Below, piece after piece: positions 7,485-15,868 of a stretch of DNA of 33,974 nt; positions within the stretch are counted from its first letter, which is position 1; every line of letters begins with the position of its first letter. The stretch spans positions 1 to 33,974 of the IMG/VR virus record IMGVR_UViG_3300011339_000175. One strand, given 5' to 3'. The translations under genes and the position numbers were made by a program. This stretch comes from a virus (lineage: Duplodnaviria > Caudoviricetes). The notes below the pieces were generated by a model, which had not been told where the DNA came from, ran no database searches, and saw nothing but the letters and a program-made list of their open reading frames with translations.

Positions 7485-8186
7485 ATGGAATCATACAATT
7501 ATAATCAGTTTATTTTTAATGAAAAAAATAGAGAAATTAGTCCTAAAAATGTTAGAGACATTAAAAATTCAATTCTAGAAGTTGGATTTATAAAGCAAAG
7601 ACCAATTTTAATAAACGAAGAAAATTTAATTATTGATGGACATCATAGATTTTTAGCTCTAAAAGAATTGCAAATGCCAATTTGTTATGAAGTAGAAAAT
7701 AAAATTTCTCTAAAAGAAATGATACTGTTAAATAGTTCTCAAAGAAGTTGGACATTATCAGATTTTATTTATTTATATGCTAAAGAAAATATAAAAGCAT
7801 ATAAAGAATTAGTTTTAATATCTGAAAAATATAATTTAACAATGTCAAATACAATTATAACAGTTTTAAAAAATGCAACTTCTGGAGCTGGAACATCTAA
7901 AGGAATAAAAAATGGTTATGATTTTGAGATATATGAAAAAAAAGATGAATTAATACAATTAATTTTAACCGCAAAAGAAAATATAGGTTTTTCAATAAAA
8001 AAAGATTTTGTAATATCGTTAAGATTTCTTTTAGAGAGAGCAAATTTTAAACAAATACAAAAAGTAATTGATAATTTTTCATCAATTAGAGAGCAAACTT
8101 CTATTAATAATTATTTAATCACATTTGAAAATATTATAAATAGAAAAATGGGAGACGCAAACAAAATTAATCTTTTAAAACAATAA
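7485..8186 (+). CDS. ParB/Srx-like N-terminal domain protein
   Basis: NREI...PILIN...IIDGHHRFLALKEL; AT-rich. Confidence 0.75.
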   Translation: MESYNYNQFIFNEKNREISPKNVRDIKNSILEVGFIKQRPILINEENLIIDGHHRFLALKELQMPICYEVENKISLKEMILLNSSQRSWTLSDFIYLYAKENIKAYKELVLISEKYNLTMSNTIITVLKNATSGAGTSKGIKNGYDFEIYEKKDELIQLILTAKENIGFSIKKDFVISLRFLLERANFKQIQKVIDNFSSIREQTSINNYLITFENIINRKMGDANKINLLKQ

Positions 8187-8188
8187 AA

Positions 8189-8785
8189 ATGAGCAAAACA
8201 ATTATCAGTTTACCGGCAGACGAAATTCCGTTATGTATCGGAGAGAAACTTTGCAGAATTCAGCAAGAGTTCAAAGCAAAAAAGAGCAGATTTAATTCAT
8301 TCGGAAAGTATAACTTTCGAAGTGCAGAGGATATTCTAGAGGGATTAAAACCAATGAATGAGAAGTACGGAGTTTACTTTACTATTAACGAACAACTAAT
8401 TAACGCTAATCCTCCAGTTATGACTTCGGTTGCAACAATCTGGGACTGCGAGAGTGGAAAGAGTATCGACTGCTCTGCGGTAGTTGGAATAGATTTAAAC
8501 CAGAAAGGAATGCAAACTCCTCAAGCGTTTGGAAGTGCATCAAGTTACGCAAAAAAATACGCTCTAGGCAACTTACTTTTGATTGATGATACTGCCGATG
8601 CCGATGCAACTAATACGCACTCAAAAGAGCCGGTAAAAGCAAAAGAGAATGTATTTTTAGAATTTGACACTCCAGAGTTTGCAAAAGCATTAACTTACAT
8701 AGCCGGTGGAGGAGACATAGAACTAATAGAGAAAAAATATAAATTAACTAACGAAGTAAAACAAGCACTTTTAAACAACAAATAA
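8189..8785 (+). CDS. erf: ERF-family single-strand annealing recombinase
   Basis: FNSFGKYNFRSAEDIL and QAFGSASSYAKKYAL motifs. Confidence 0.85.
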   Translation: MSKTIISLPADEIPLCIGEKLCRIQQEFKAKKSRFNSFGKYNFRSAEDILEGLKPMNEKYGVYFTINEQLINANPPVMTSVATIWDCESGKSIDCSAVVGIDLNQKGMQTPQAFGSASSYAKKYALGNLLLIDDTADADATNTHSKEPVKAKENVFLEFDTPEFAKALTYIAGGGDIELIEKKYKLTNEVKQALLNNK

Positions 8786-8786
8786 A

Positions 8787-9143
8787 ATGGAAGTACAAGG
8801 AGAATTAATCGTAATAGGCGATACAGAAACAATCGGAGCAAAAGGATTCAGAAAGAGACTTGCAGTCATTAAAACAGACGAACAATATCCTCAGACTATT
8901 CCGGTTGAATTTACACAAGACAAAGTTAGTTTATTAGATAACTTTAATACTGGAGACATTGTTAAAATAGGAATCAACTTGAGAGGAACAGAATGGAAAG
9001 GCAAATACTTTGCAAACATTCAAGGTTGGCAAATTAACAAAGGAGAGAAAGAGAAGTCTGCCGGTAGTTTTATGCCAGACAGAGAAGCTATCAATAATAT
9101 GATGGAGTATGCAGAGGAACAACACGATGATTTACCATTCTAA
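8787..9143 (+). CDS. Single-stranded DNA-binding protein (DUF3127-like, Bacteroidota type)
   Basis: GFRKR...EQYPQTIPVEFTQDK...INLRGTEW...YFANIQGWQI; acidic tail DDLPF. Confidence 0.85.
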   Translation: MEVQGELIVIGDTETIGAKGFRKRLAVIKTDEQYPQTIPVEFTQDKVSLLDNFNTGDIVKIGINLRGTEWKGKYFANIQGWQINKGEKEKSAGSFMPDREAINNMMEYAEEQHDDLPF

Positions 9144-9150
9144 TTTTAAA

Positions 9151-9180
9151 GGCCGGATGTAATAGTCCGGCCATTATTTA
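9151..9180 (+). terminator. GC-rich hairpin after SSB (weak terminator or processing site)
   Basis: GGCCGGA-tgtaatag-TCCGGCC then ATTATTT. Confidence 0.55.
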
Positions 9181-9192
9181 AACCAAAACAAA

Positions 9193-10104
9193 ATGCTAAT
9201 AGATTACAATAAACAACTAGATATCCTCCGCCAGATTAGATCTGGTAAACTCAAAGAGGGATTAAAACTAGATATCCCTCAGTTAGACGAATACATACGT
9301 TTTAAGACATCAAACTTCAATATAGTACTTGGACACGCAAACGTAGGTAAAACGACCTCTATTTTGTATTTAATGCTTTGTTACTCTTTAAAGCACGATT
9401 TAAAATGGCTAGTATGTAGCACCGAGAATGATTCTTACTCTTTAATTAGAAAGTTAGTTGAGTTTTTAGATGAGACTCCGATAAATTTAGTCTCTGAAAG
9501 TAACTTTAAAACTCACACCGATTTTATCAATAAACATTTTAAGTTTGTAGATAACGCAACTATGTACGATTATCATTCTGCGATTGATATGTTTAAAGCA
9601 GTAAAGAAAGATTTTAATTTTAACGGAATATTACTTGATCCATACAATGCACTCATAAAAGATAACGATTTAATGAAGACTCTAGGAGGTCACGAGTACG
9701 ATTACCAAGCGTGTACTGAAATGAGAATGTATTGCAAAGAGAATAAAGTTTCACTTTGGTTAAATACTCACGCAAATACAAACGCATTAAGACAAGTTTA
9801 CAGAGCAGACCATCCATTCGCTGGACATCCACTTCCTCCAATGGCAAGTGATGTCGAGGGAGGAGGAAAGTTCGTAAACAGAGCAGATGATTTTATAGTA
9901 GTACACCGGTTAACTTTGCATCCTCAACTATACACAACTACGATGCTGCATATAAGAAAGATAAAAGAGATTGAAACCGGAGGCAGACCTACCAGTATAG
10001 ACAATCCGATTGAAATTGTAGCTTTGCAAAATAACGTAGGATTTAGTATAGACGGAAAATCGATTTTAACGACCATAAAAGAAAGTCAATTAAATTTTTT
10101 ATAA
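9193..10104 (+). CDS. SF4 (DnaB/T7 gp4-like) helicase domain without primase
   Basis: Walker A GHANVGKT, Walker B ILLDPYN, GGGKFVNRADDFIVVHR. Confidence 0.8.
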   Translation: MLIDYNKQLDILRQIRSGKLKEGLKLDIPQLDEYIRFKTSNFNIVLGHANVGKTTSILYLMLCYSLKHDLKWLVCSTENDSYSLIRKLVEFLDETPINLVSESNFKTHTDFINKHFKFVDNATMYDYHSAIDMFKAVKKDFNFNGILLDPYNALIKDNDLMKTLGGHEYDYQACTEMRMYCKENKVSLWLNTHANTNALRQVYRADHPFAGHPLPPMASDVEGGGKFVNRADDFIVVHRLTLHPQLYTTTMLHIRKIKEIETGGRPTSIDNPIEIVALQNNVGFSIDGKSILTTIKESQLNFL

Positions 10105-10105
10105 A

Positions 10106-10645
10106 ATGAATATACTCGATGTCCTATATCTGAAGCATTCCACTTGGTTAAAATACGTAAAATCATTTGGATGCCCAGATGACATCGCAGAGGATTATGT
10201 ACAAGAGATGTATATAAAAATCTACAATTATAGTCAGATAAAAAATAACGATTTAATGTATGACGGAGAAGAGATAAACTTCTTTTTTGTGTACGTGACT
10301 TTAAAAAATATGTTTTACGATGACTTACGTAAGAATAAAAAAAAAATATACGTAAACATAGACGAGATAATTTTAATCGAAGAGCCAAGCGAATACTCAG
10401 AGGAGAAGTTTTATTTTCAAAAAGATTTAGTTAGTAATTGGATTAAAGAGTTAAACAACGAAATAGACTCAATAGAGGACCATACAGAGTACAAAGCAAG
10501 TCTTTGTTATATAAAGTTCATTTATCAAAAAATATTCGTTGAAAGTTACTCAATTACTGATTTAAGCGAAGAGACAAAACTATCGTACTGGAGCATTCGA
10601 AATACAGTTAAAAGAATCAAAGAACAAATAAAAAATGAAACATAA
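10106..10645 (+). CDS. ECF-like RNA polymerase sigma factor
   Basis: AEDYVQEMYIKI (region 2) and C-terminal HTH SITDLSEETKLSYWSIRNTVKRIK. Confidence 0.8.
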   Translation: MNILDVLYLKHSTWLKYVKSFGCPDDIAEDYVQEMYIKIYNYSQIKNNDLMYDGEEINFFFVYVTLKNMFYDDLRKNKKKIYVNIDEIILIEEPSEYSEEKFYFQKDLVSNWIKELNNEIDSIEDHTEYKASLCYIKFIYQKIFVESYSITDLSEETKLSYWSIRNTVKRIKEQIKNET

Positions 10646-10823
10646 TTTAGAGGACCAATTTACAAGCGTTTTAAGAGCCGAATTATTACTGAGTAAGTAT
10701 AAGATACCATATTTAAAAGAAGTTATAAACGGCCTTATTCAAAACGCTAAAAGCAGAGGAGAAATAATAGAGTTAAACTACTGGAATGAAGTAGCACTCG
10801 AAATTAAAAAAAGAATAGTATGA
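10635..10823 (+). CDS. Hypothetical protein (YWNEV C-terminal family)
   Basis: 62 aa; C-terminus YWNEVxxEI shared with 11235..11447. Confidence 0.6.
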   Translation: MKHNLEDQFTSVLRAELLLSKYKIPYLKEVINGLIQNAKSRGEIIELNYWNEVALEIKKRIV

Positions 10824-11020
10824 CACTAAAAGAAAAGTTTTCACTAGTATTAATGGAATTTTGGACAAGTGATTGGGAAGGTAAATGCGAACAAGTAGCA
10901 GATGAATTTGCTATTGGATTTGCAGAGTGGTTATTAATAATATATAACGAAGATATTATTTATGATGCATACTCAAAAGAGCAACTATTAGAAATTTACA
11001 AAAAAGAAAATGAATTATGA
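10820..11020 (+). CDS. Hypothetical protein (ADEFAIGFA family, copy 1)
   Basis: Paralogue of 11017..11238; ATGA coupling. Confidence 0.7.
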   Translation: MTLKEKFSLVLMEFWTSDWEGKCEQVADEFAIGFAEWLLIIYNEDIIYDAYSKEQLLEIYKKENEL

Positions 11021-11238
11021 AAGCAATAAGACAAGCGCAAACAAGAGATATTTTAGATGCTTATAATAGAGAAGATATTTCTTATTCAAGAATGAATGAA
11101 ATGTTTAACGAGTTAGCAGATGAATTTGCTATTGGATTTGCAGATTGGGTTAGAGTTTGTAAATTAAAGCAAAGGCCTTATGATTTTGACAACATAAAAG
11201 AACTATTAGAAATCTATAAAAAAGAAAAAGGATTATGA
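11017..11238 (+). CDS. Hypothetical protein (ADEFAIGFA family, copy 2)
   Basis: 31-bp exact repeat shared with copy 1. Confidence 0.7.
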   Translation: MKAIRQAQTRDILDAYNREDISYSRMNEMFNELADEFAIGFADWVRVCKLKQRPYDFDNIKELLEIYKKEKGL

Positions 11239-11447
11239 CACCAAAAGAAAAAGCAATAGAGTTAATTCACAAATTTGCAAAGCCAATAGATGCAATGCAT
11301 AAATATCCTATGTGTTATGAAACATCAAAACAATGTGCATTAATAGCAGTTAATGAAATTATTGATTCATTACAAATAAAAAATTACTCACAAGCAGACC
11401 AGTACGAATATTGGAATGAAGTTAAAAACGAAATAGAAAAACTATGA
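11235..11447 (+). CDS. Hypothetical protein (MTPKEKA...KQCALIAV...YWNEV family)
   Basis: 70 aa; ATGA coupling. Confidence 0.7.
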   Translation: MTPKEKAIELIHKFAKPIDAMHKYPMCYETSKQCALIAVNEIIDSLQIKNYSQADQYEYWNEVKNEIEKL

Positions 11448-11557
11448 CACCAAGAGAGAAAAAAGAATTAGAGTACGTTTTAAAAACTGCAACGCAAGTA
11501 GCAATAGGAATAGCAGTATTATTTTTTGGATTACTAATTTTAACTACTATACTATGA
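11444..11557 (+). CDS. 37-aa single-TM peptide (not in ORF track)
   Basis: MTPREKKELEYVLKTATQVAIGIAVLFFGLLILTTIL*; ATGA overlaps at both ends. Confidence 0.55.
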   Translation: MTPREKKELEYVLKTATQVAIGIAVLFFGLLILTTIL

Positions 11558-11688
11558 GACTAGGAGATAAACTAGAATGGTTATTCAGAGTAACCGGCAT
11601 CCAATGGCTAGTAAAAAAAATCTATCCGAATTGCAACTGCGATAAAAGAAGAGACAAGTTAAACCAATTTAAAATAAATAGAAAATGA
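11554..11688 (+). CDS. 44-aa CxC protein (not in ORF track)
   Basis: MRLGDKLEWLFRVTGIQWLVKKIYPNCNCDKRRDKLNQFKINRK*. Confidence 0.65.
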   Translation: MRLGDKLEWLFRVTGIQWLVKKIYPNCNCDKRRDKLNQFKINRK

Positions 11689-11894
11689 AACAAACAGCAG
11701 TAGAATGGTTATATAAAAACCTATTAGAAAATCCAATATCAAATCAAGATGTAGAATATAATGAAGCAGTATTTCATAATGCCAAAGCAATGGAAAAGGA
11801 GCAAGTAATAAATGCTTGTGAAAAGTTTGGTAATTTAAACGGAGTAAATCAAGAAGATTATGAACGATACTATAATGATACTTATGGAAAATAG
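11685..11894 (+). CDS. Hypothetical protein (KQTAVEWL family, copy 1)
   Basis: KQTAVEWL...AKAMEKEQ. Confidence 0.7.
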   Translation: MKQTAVEWLYKNLLENPISNQDVEYNEAVFHNAKAMEKEQVINACEKFGNLNGVNQEDYERYYNDTYGK

Positions 11895-12084
11895 CAAACA
11901 AACAGCAGTAGAATGGTTAGCAGAAAAATTAAGAATTGAATTTGGATTTGCATTTAGCAATAACATTTTAGAAGAAGCTAAAGAAATGGAAAAAGAACAA
12001 ATGCGAAGTGCAAGTTGTCCTTATATTGGTGGCTGGGAAGAGGGAGAGTTTGAATATTGGTATAATGAAAAATTTAAAAAATAA
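11884..12084 (+). CDS. Hypothetical protein (KQTAVEWL family, copy 2)
   Basis: Likely start MENSKQTAVEWL at 11884; AKEMEKEQ; 24-bp exact repeat with copy 1. Confidence 0.7.
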   Translation: MENSKQTAVEWLAEKLRIEFGFAFSNNILEEAKEMEKEQMRSASCPYIGGWEEGEFEYWYNEKFKK

Positions 12085-12088
12085 AGTT

Positions 12089-12304
12089 ATGACAAAAGAA
12101 GACTGGATCTGGTGGCAGACATTCAGAGATAATTTAGGGCATACAATTTCAAACGATGAGTATTTAAAAGTAAGTCAGTTACACGCTCATTACTTTAATC
12201 ACAAAGTTAACTATCCTTGCAAGTGCAGTCCTAAAATAATTCAAAGTTATATCGATGATTTGAATGAATTTTACATAAAAAATCCAACACCAAAATTAAG
12301 ATGA
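12089..12304 (+). CDS. Hypothetical CxC protein
   Basis: Likely start MTKEDWIWW at 12089 (avoids long overlap); YPCKCSP. Confidence 0.65.
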   Translation: MTKEDWIWWQTFRDNLGHTISNDEYLKVSQLHAHYFNHKVNYPCKCSPKIIQSYIDDLNEFYIKNPTPKLR

Positions 12305-12714
12305 GCCAAGAGACATCACACCATAAATGGGAGAAAGGAATCATTTTACTTCTTACGTTAGACGGTTGGAATTTAGAATGGACTGGAGGAGAGTTTGAGC
12401 ATTACGATGCCAAAGGAAAAACACCGAAAGGATTTGACTGCGTAATAGAGTTTAAATTAAGACACGCATATTATCCAACTAAAGTACTAGAGAAATACAA
12501 ATATGATAAGTTAATTGAAATGCAAGACTGCTTAAAATTTTACTATGTATTTGACTCTAGAGGCAACTATCTTTATTATTTAGATTCGTTAGAACTACCA
12601 GAGCAAAGTATAATAAACTGCAAAGTAAATGAGAAGTTTGGAAATTCAAATTTAATAAACAAATCTGTTTACTTTTTATCAGAGAGCCAAGCATCATTAA
12701 TAAATAAATACTAA
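12301..12714 (+). CDS. Putative PD-(D/E)XK nuclease
   Basis: E...HYDAKG...VIEFKLR pattern. Confidence 0.55.
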   Translation: MSQETSHHKWEKGIILLLTLDGWNLEWTGGEFEHYDAKGKTPKGFDCVIEFKLRHAYYPTKVLEKYKYDKLIEMQDCLKFYYVFDSRGNYLYYLDSLELPEQSIINCKVNEKFGNSNLINKSVYFLSESQASLINKY

Positions 12715-12717
12715 AAA

Positions 12718-12748
12718 TTTGTTAATAACATAAAAAAGATTATCTTTG
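12718..12748 (+). promoter_or_regulatory. Bacteroidota-type promoter
   Basis: TTTG (12718-12721)-N19-TATCTTTG (12741-12748). Confidence 0.75.
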
Positions 12749-12772
12749 TAAACAAACTAAAACCAAAATAAT

Positions 12773-12889
12773 ATGAATGAATTAATCAAAACAGAAGCTA
12801 TACTCAAAGAGATAATATCAGAGAGAGAAAGAGCAAAAAAAGAACTAGTAGAGCAAATAGAGGAAATAACTAGACTAGTAACGATATGA
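12773..12889 (+). CDS. 38-aa coiled-coil peptide (not in ORF track)
   Basis: MNELIKTEAILKEIISERERAKKELVEQIEEITRLVTI*; ATGA overlap with exonuclease. Confidence 0.55.
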   Translation: MNELIKTEAILKEIISERERAKKELVEQIEEITRLVTI

Positions 12890-13596
12890 TAGTTTTAATA
12901 GACGCAGACAGTTTAATCTGGAGCAGTTGTTATAAGCAAAAAGAAACTCCAGAGGATACCGGTTACCATAACATCGAAGAGGCCAAAGATAAGTACAACG
13001 AAGTAGTAATGAAAATCATTAATACTATCGAACTAGACCACGAAGTTGATAAGGTTATTACTTTTGCTTGTGCTAGAGGAAACTTTCGAAAACAGATAAG
13101 CAAAACATACAAAGCAAACAGAATAGGCAGAGAAGTACCTCCGATACTAAACGAACTTCAAGACTATGTCAAAGAGCAATACGATGCTAAAATAGGATAC
13201 GGAGTAGAGACAGACGATTTAGTAGCAACCTACTGGACTAATTTAACAGAGACATTCGGAAGAGACGAAGTAATAATTGTAAGTATAGACAAAGACTACA
13301 AACAACTTCCTTGCATTATATATGACTATCATTATAAAAAACAATGCTATTATAAAATAACAGAGGGAGCAGCAAAATATAATTTTTATAAGCAAATGAT
13401 AATAGGAGATACTGCAGACAATGTAAACTTCTGCAAAGGATATGGAGCAAAGTGGGTTGAAAACGCATTTAAAGACTGCGTAAGCGATTATAATTATATG
13501 CGAGTAGTATTTAGTCTATTTAAAAAAATACACAAGCAGAAAGCACGAGAGAGATTTATAGAATGTTACTTACTTTTAAAATTAAAAACAAAATAA
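12886..13596 (+). CDS. 5'-3' exonuclease/RNase H (T5/T7-type FEN family)
   Basis: LIDADS, NFRK...YKANR, ETDD, SIDKDYKQ, GDTADNV...KGYG. Confidence 0.88.
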   Translation: MIVLIDADSLIWSSCYKQKETPEDTGYHNIEEAKDKYNEVVMKIINTIELDHEVDKVITFACARGNFRKQISKTYKANRIGREVPPILNELQDYVKEQYDAKIGYGVETDDLVATYWTNLTETFGRDEVIIVSIDKDYKQLPCIIYDYHYKKQCYYKITEGAAKYNFYKQMIIGDTADNVNFCKGYGAKWVENAFKDCVSDYNYMRVVFSLFKKIHKQKARERFIECYLLLKLKTK

Positions 13597-13597
13597 A

Positions 13598-13726
13598 ATG
13601 AAAATAGAAATTGAATTTTTTAAAACACAAGATTTAGGAATAGGAATAGGTTTTAATCGTATTGATAAAAGTATAAGCATTCTATTTTTAATATGGCTTT
13701 TACAAATAAACTTTAAAAAGAAATAA
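13598..13726 (+). CDS. 42-aa hydrophobic peptide (not in ORF track)
   Basis: MKIEIEFFKTQDLGIGIGFNRIDKSISILFLIWLLQINFKKK*; fills the gap exactly. Confidence 0.5.
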   Translation: MKIEIEFFKTQDLGIGIGFNRIDKSISILFLIWLLQINFKKK

Positions 13727-13727
13727 A

Positions 13728-14111
13728 ATGGAATACAAATTAATAGCAAACGAGATAAAAGACAAACTAGGAGTTAACATATATGAGAACTCACGAAAGA
13801 GACCAATAATAGACGCAAGGAGTTTATTCTGTTATATCTTACGCAAAGATTTTAATCTTACGTTACATAGTATAGCAGACATATACAAGAGCAAAGGTAA
13901 AAATTATGACCACGCAACAGTTATTCACTCTGTAAATAATTACGATTTAGCTTGTAGAGACGATAAAAGACTTGAAGAGATAAGAGCCAAAGTTTTAAAA
14001 ACAACTAATCCTCAAGCAGTACTCATAAATAGAATTAGAGACATAAACGACAAAGACAGATTACAAGGACTACACAACTTAATAGATTTTCAAGAGCAAC
14101 AACTAAAATAA
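13728..14111 (+). CDS. DnaA C-terminal (domain IV)-like HTH protein
   Basis: SRKRPIIDARSLFCYILR...TLHSIA...DHATVIHSV signature. Confidence 0.8.
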   Translation: MEYKLIANEIKDKLGVNIYENSRKRPIIDARSLFCYILRKDFNLTLHSIADIYKSKGKNYDHATVIHSVNNYDLACRDDKRLEEIRAKVLKTTNPQAVLINRIRDINDKDRLQGLHNLIDFQEQQLK

Positions 14112-14112
14112 T

Positions 14113-14586
14113 ATGCAAAAGACAGTAAAAATATCAGAGGTAAAAGTCAACCCAAATAATCCAAGGTTAATAAAGGATGACAAGTTTAAAAAATTAGTTC
14201 AATCAGTAAAAGACTTCCCAGAGATGCTAAATATTCGTCCTATCGTAGTAAATAAGGATATGATTATACTCGGTGGCAATATGAGATTCAAAGCTTGTAA
14301 AGAGGCCGGATTAAAAGAAGTACCAATAATTATAACAGACCTAACAGAAGAGCAACAAAAAGAGTTTTTAATTAAAGACAATGTATCTGGAGGAGAGTGG
14401 GATTGGGATATGTTAGCGAATGAATGGAACACAGATGATTTAAAAGAATGGGGATTAGATATTCCGGTTTATTTTGATGATGAAGATATTGACTTTGATA
14501 ATATATCTTCAAATGAAGATAGGAATGCAGACAAACAAAGTAAGGTAGTAACGTGTCCTAAATGTTCACATAAATTTGATGCATAA
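14113..14586 (+). CDS. ParB-like nuclease-domain protein with C-terminal CPKC zinc ribbon
   Basis: NPNNPRLIKD...RPIVV...ILGGNMRFKAC...IKDN; TCPKCSHKF. Confidence 0.8.
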   Translation: MQKTVKISEVKVNPNNPRLIKDDKFKKLVQSVKDFPEMLNIRPIVVNKDMIILGGNMRFKACKEAGLKEVPIIITDLTEEQQKEFLIKDNVSGGEWDWDMLANEWNTDDLKEWGLDIPVYFDDEDIDFDNISSNEDRNADKQSKVVTCPKCSHKFDA

Positions 14587-15491
14587 TGGCAATACCTTAT
14601 ATGGGTTCAAAAAGAAAATCTGCACAAAAGATTTATCAGACTATAATAAATTTTAATCCAAATAAAAAAACCATTGTAGATTTATTCTGCGGTGGTTTTG
14701 CTATTGGAGAATTATTTTATAAAAATGGATTTAATGTTATTGCAAATGATAAAAATAAATATGTTACTGCTTTATTAAACCAAACAATAAACAAAGGTTT
14801 AGATGAGCAAAAATGTTTGGAATTTATTACAAGAGCAAAGTTCGAAGATGTATTAAAAAACCCAAACAATTATGAAGATTGGTATGTAGGTTATGTGATG
14901 TGTATTTGGTCATTTGGTAATAATCAAAAAGGATATATTTTTGGAAAAGAAACAGAGCCATACAAAAGAGCTGGACACGAATTAGTAATAAATAAAGACC
15001 CAAAACTTTTAAAACAATTACTACCAAATATTCCTCAGAAATATATCGATGGAATACTAAAACAAACTGACTGGCATAAGAGAAGAATAGCACTTGGTAA
15101 AGTTGCAAAAGTTTTAAAGAATAGAATTTTAGAACTGCAACAACTGGAACAACTGCAACAACTGGAACAACTGGAACGACTGGAAATTTATAGTAATAGT
15201 TATAATGAAGTAGAAATACCAAAAGATGCAATAATATATTGTGACCCTCCATATCAAGGAACGGCAGAATATAAAGAGGGTGCATTTAATCATAAAGAGT
15301 TTTGGAATTGGGTAAGAGAAATATCGAAGAGCCATAAAATTTATATATCAGAATACAATGCTCCAGATGACTTTGAAATATTACTATCATTCAGTCAAAA
15401 AAGTACTTTACAAGGCGGAGTTCAAAAACATAATAATCAAGCAGACGAAAAATTATTTGTACCAATAGGACAAGAAAAATATATAATATAA
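14586..15491 (+). CDS. N6-adenine DNA methyltransferase, D12/Dam-like class
   Basis: PYMGSKR, motif I DLFCGG, motif IV YCDPPY, ISEY. Confidence 0.88.
   Translation: MAIPYMGSKRKSAQKIYQTIINFNPNKKTIVDLFCGGFAIGELFYKNGFNVIANDKNKYVTALLNQTINKGLDEQKCLEFITRAKFEDVLKNPNNYEDWYVGYVMCIWSFGNNQKGYIFGKETEPYKRAGHELVINKDPKLLKQLLPNIPQKYIDGILKQTDWHKRRIALGKVAKVLKNRILELQQLEQLQQLEQLERLEIYSNSYNEVEIPKDAIIYCDPPYQGTAEYKEGAFNHKEFWNWVREISKSHKIYISEYNAPDDFEILLSFSQKSTLQGGVQKHNNQADEKLFVPIGQEKYII
15132..15185 (+). repeat. In-frame 9-bp tandem repeat x6 (consensus CAACTGGAA) within methyltransferase
   Basis: gaactgcaa caactggaa caactgcaa caactggaa caactggaa cgactggaa = ELQQLEQLQQLEQLERLE. Confidence 0.9.
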
Positions 15492-15868
15492 TGGGAAAGA
15501 GTAAAGAGCAACACGAAAAAGAAATACTAGAAGTAGTAATCAAAAATAAAGTAATGAAAATACAACATATTTTCCAGCATTATACTGACTTAGGGTCTGC
15601 TCAATTTTATAACCTTGAATTAGAAAAATCGGAAAGTATTAAAGAAGCTATTAAACTAAACAAAAGCAAGGCAGTAAGTTATATGCTTAACAAATGGGTA
15701 GGAAGTGACAATGCTACTTTACAAATATCAGCGTTTAAAGTTTTATGCGAGGATGAGGATAGAAAGAAACTATCGATGCAGTTTGTAGAGAGTGAAAACA
15801 AACACGAACTAAAAGAGTTTACAGTAAAAGTAATCGATAACAATCCGGATGGAGATAACAACGAATAA
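15491..15868 (+). CDS. Putative terminase small subunit
   Basis: 125 aa overlapping the TerL start; positional call. Confidence 0.6.
   Translation: MGKSKEQHEKEILEVVIKNKVMKIQHIFQHYTDLGSAQFYNLELEKSESIKEAIKLNKSKAVSYMLNKWVGSDNATLQISAFKVLCEDEDRKKLSMQFVESENKHELKEFTVKVIDNNPDGDNNE

Noticed and set aside
10896-11919. CRISPR array from the 31-bp and 24-bp repeats
   Set aside because: Only two copies each, about 210 bp apart, in frame within paralogous genes, and no cas genes.
11860-12088. ORF-track starts at 11860 and 12008
   Set aside because: They create long overlaps; starts at 11884 and 12089 fit paralogue alignment and gene packing better.
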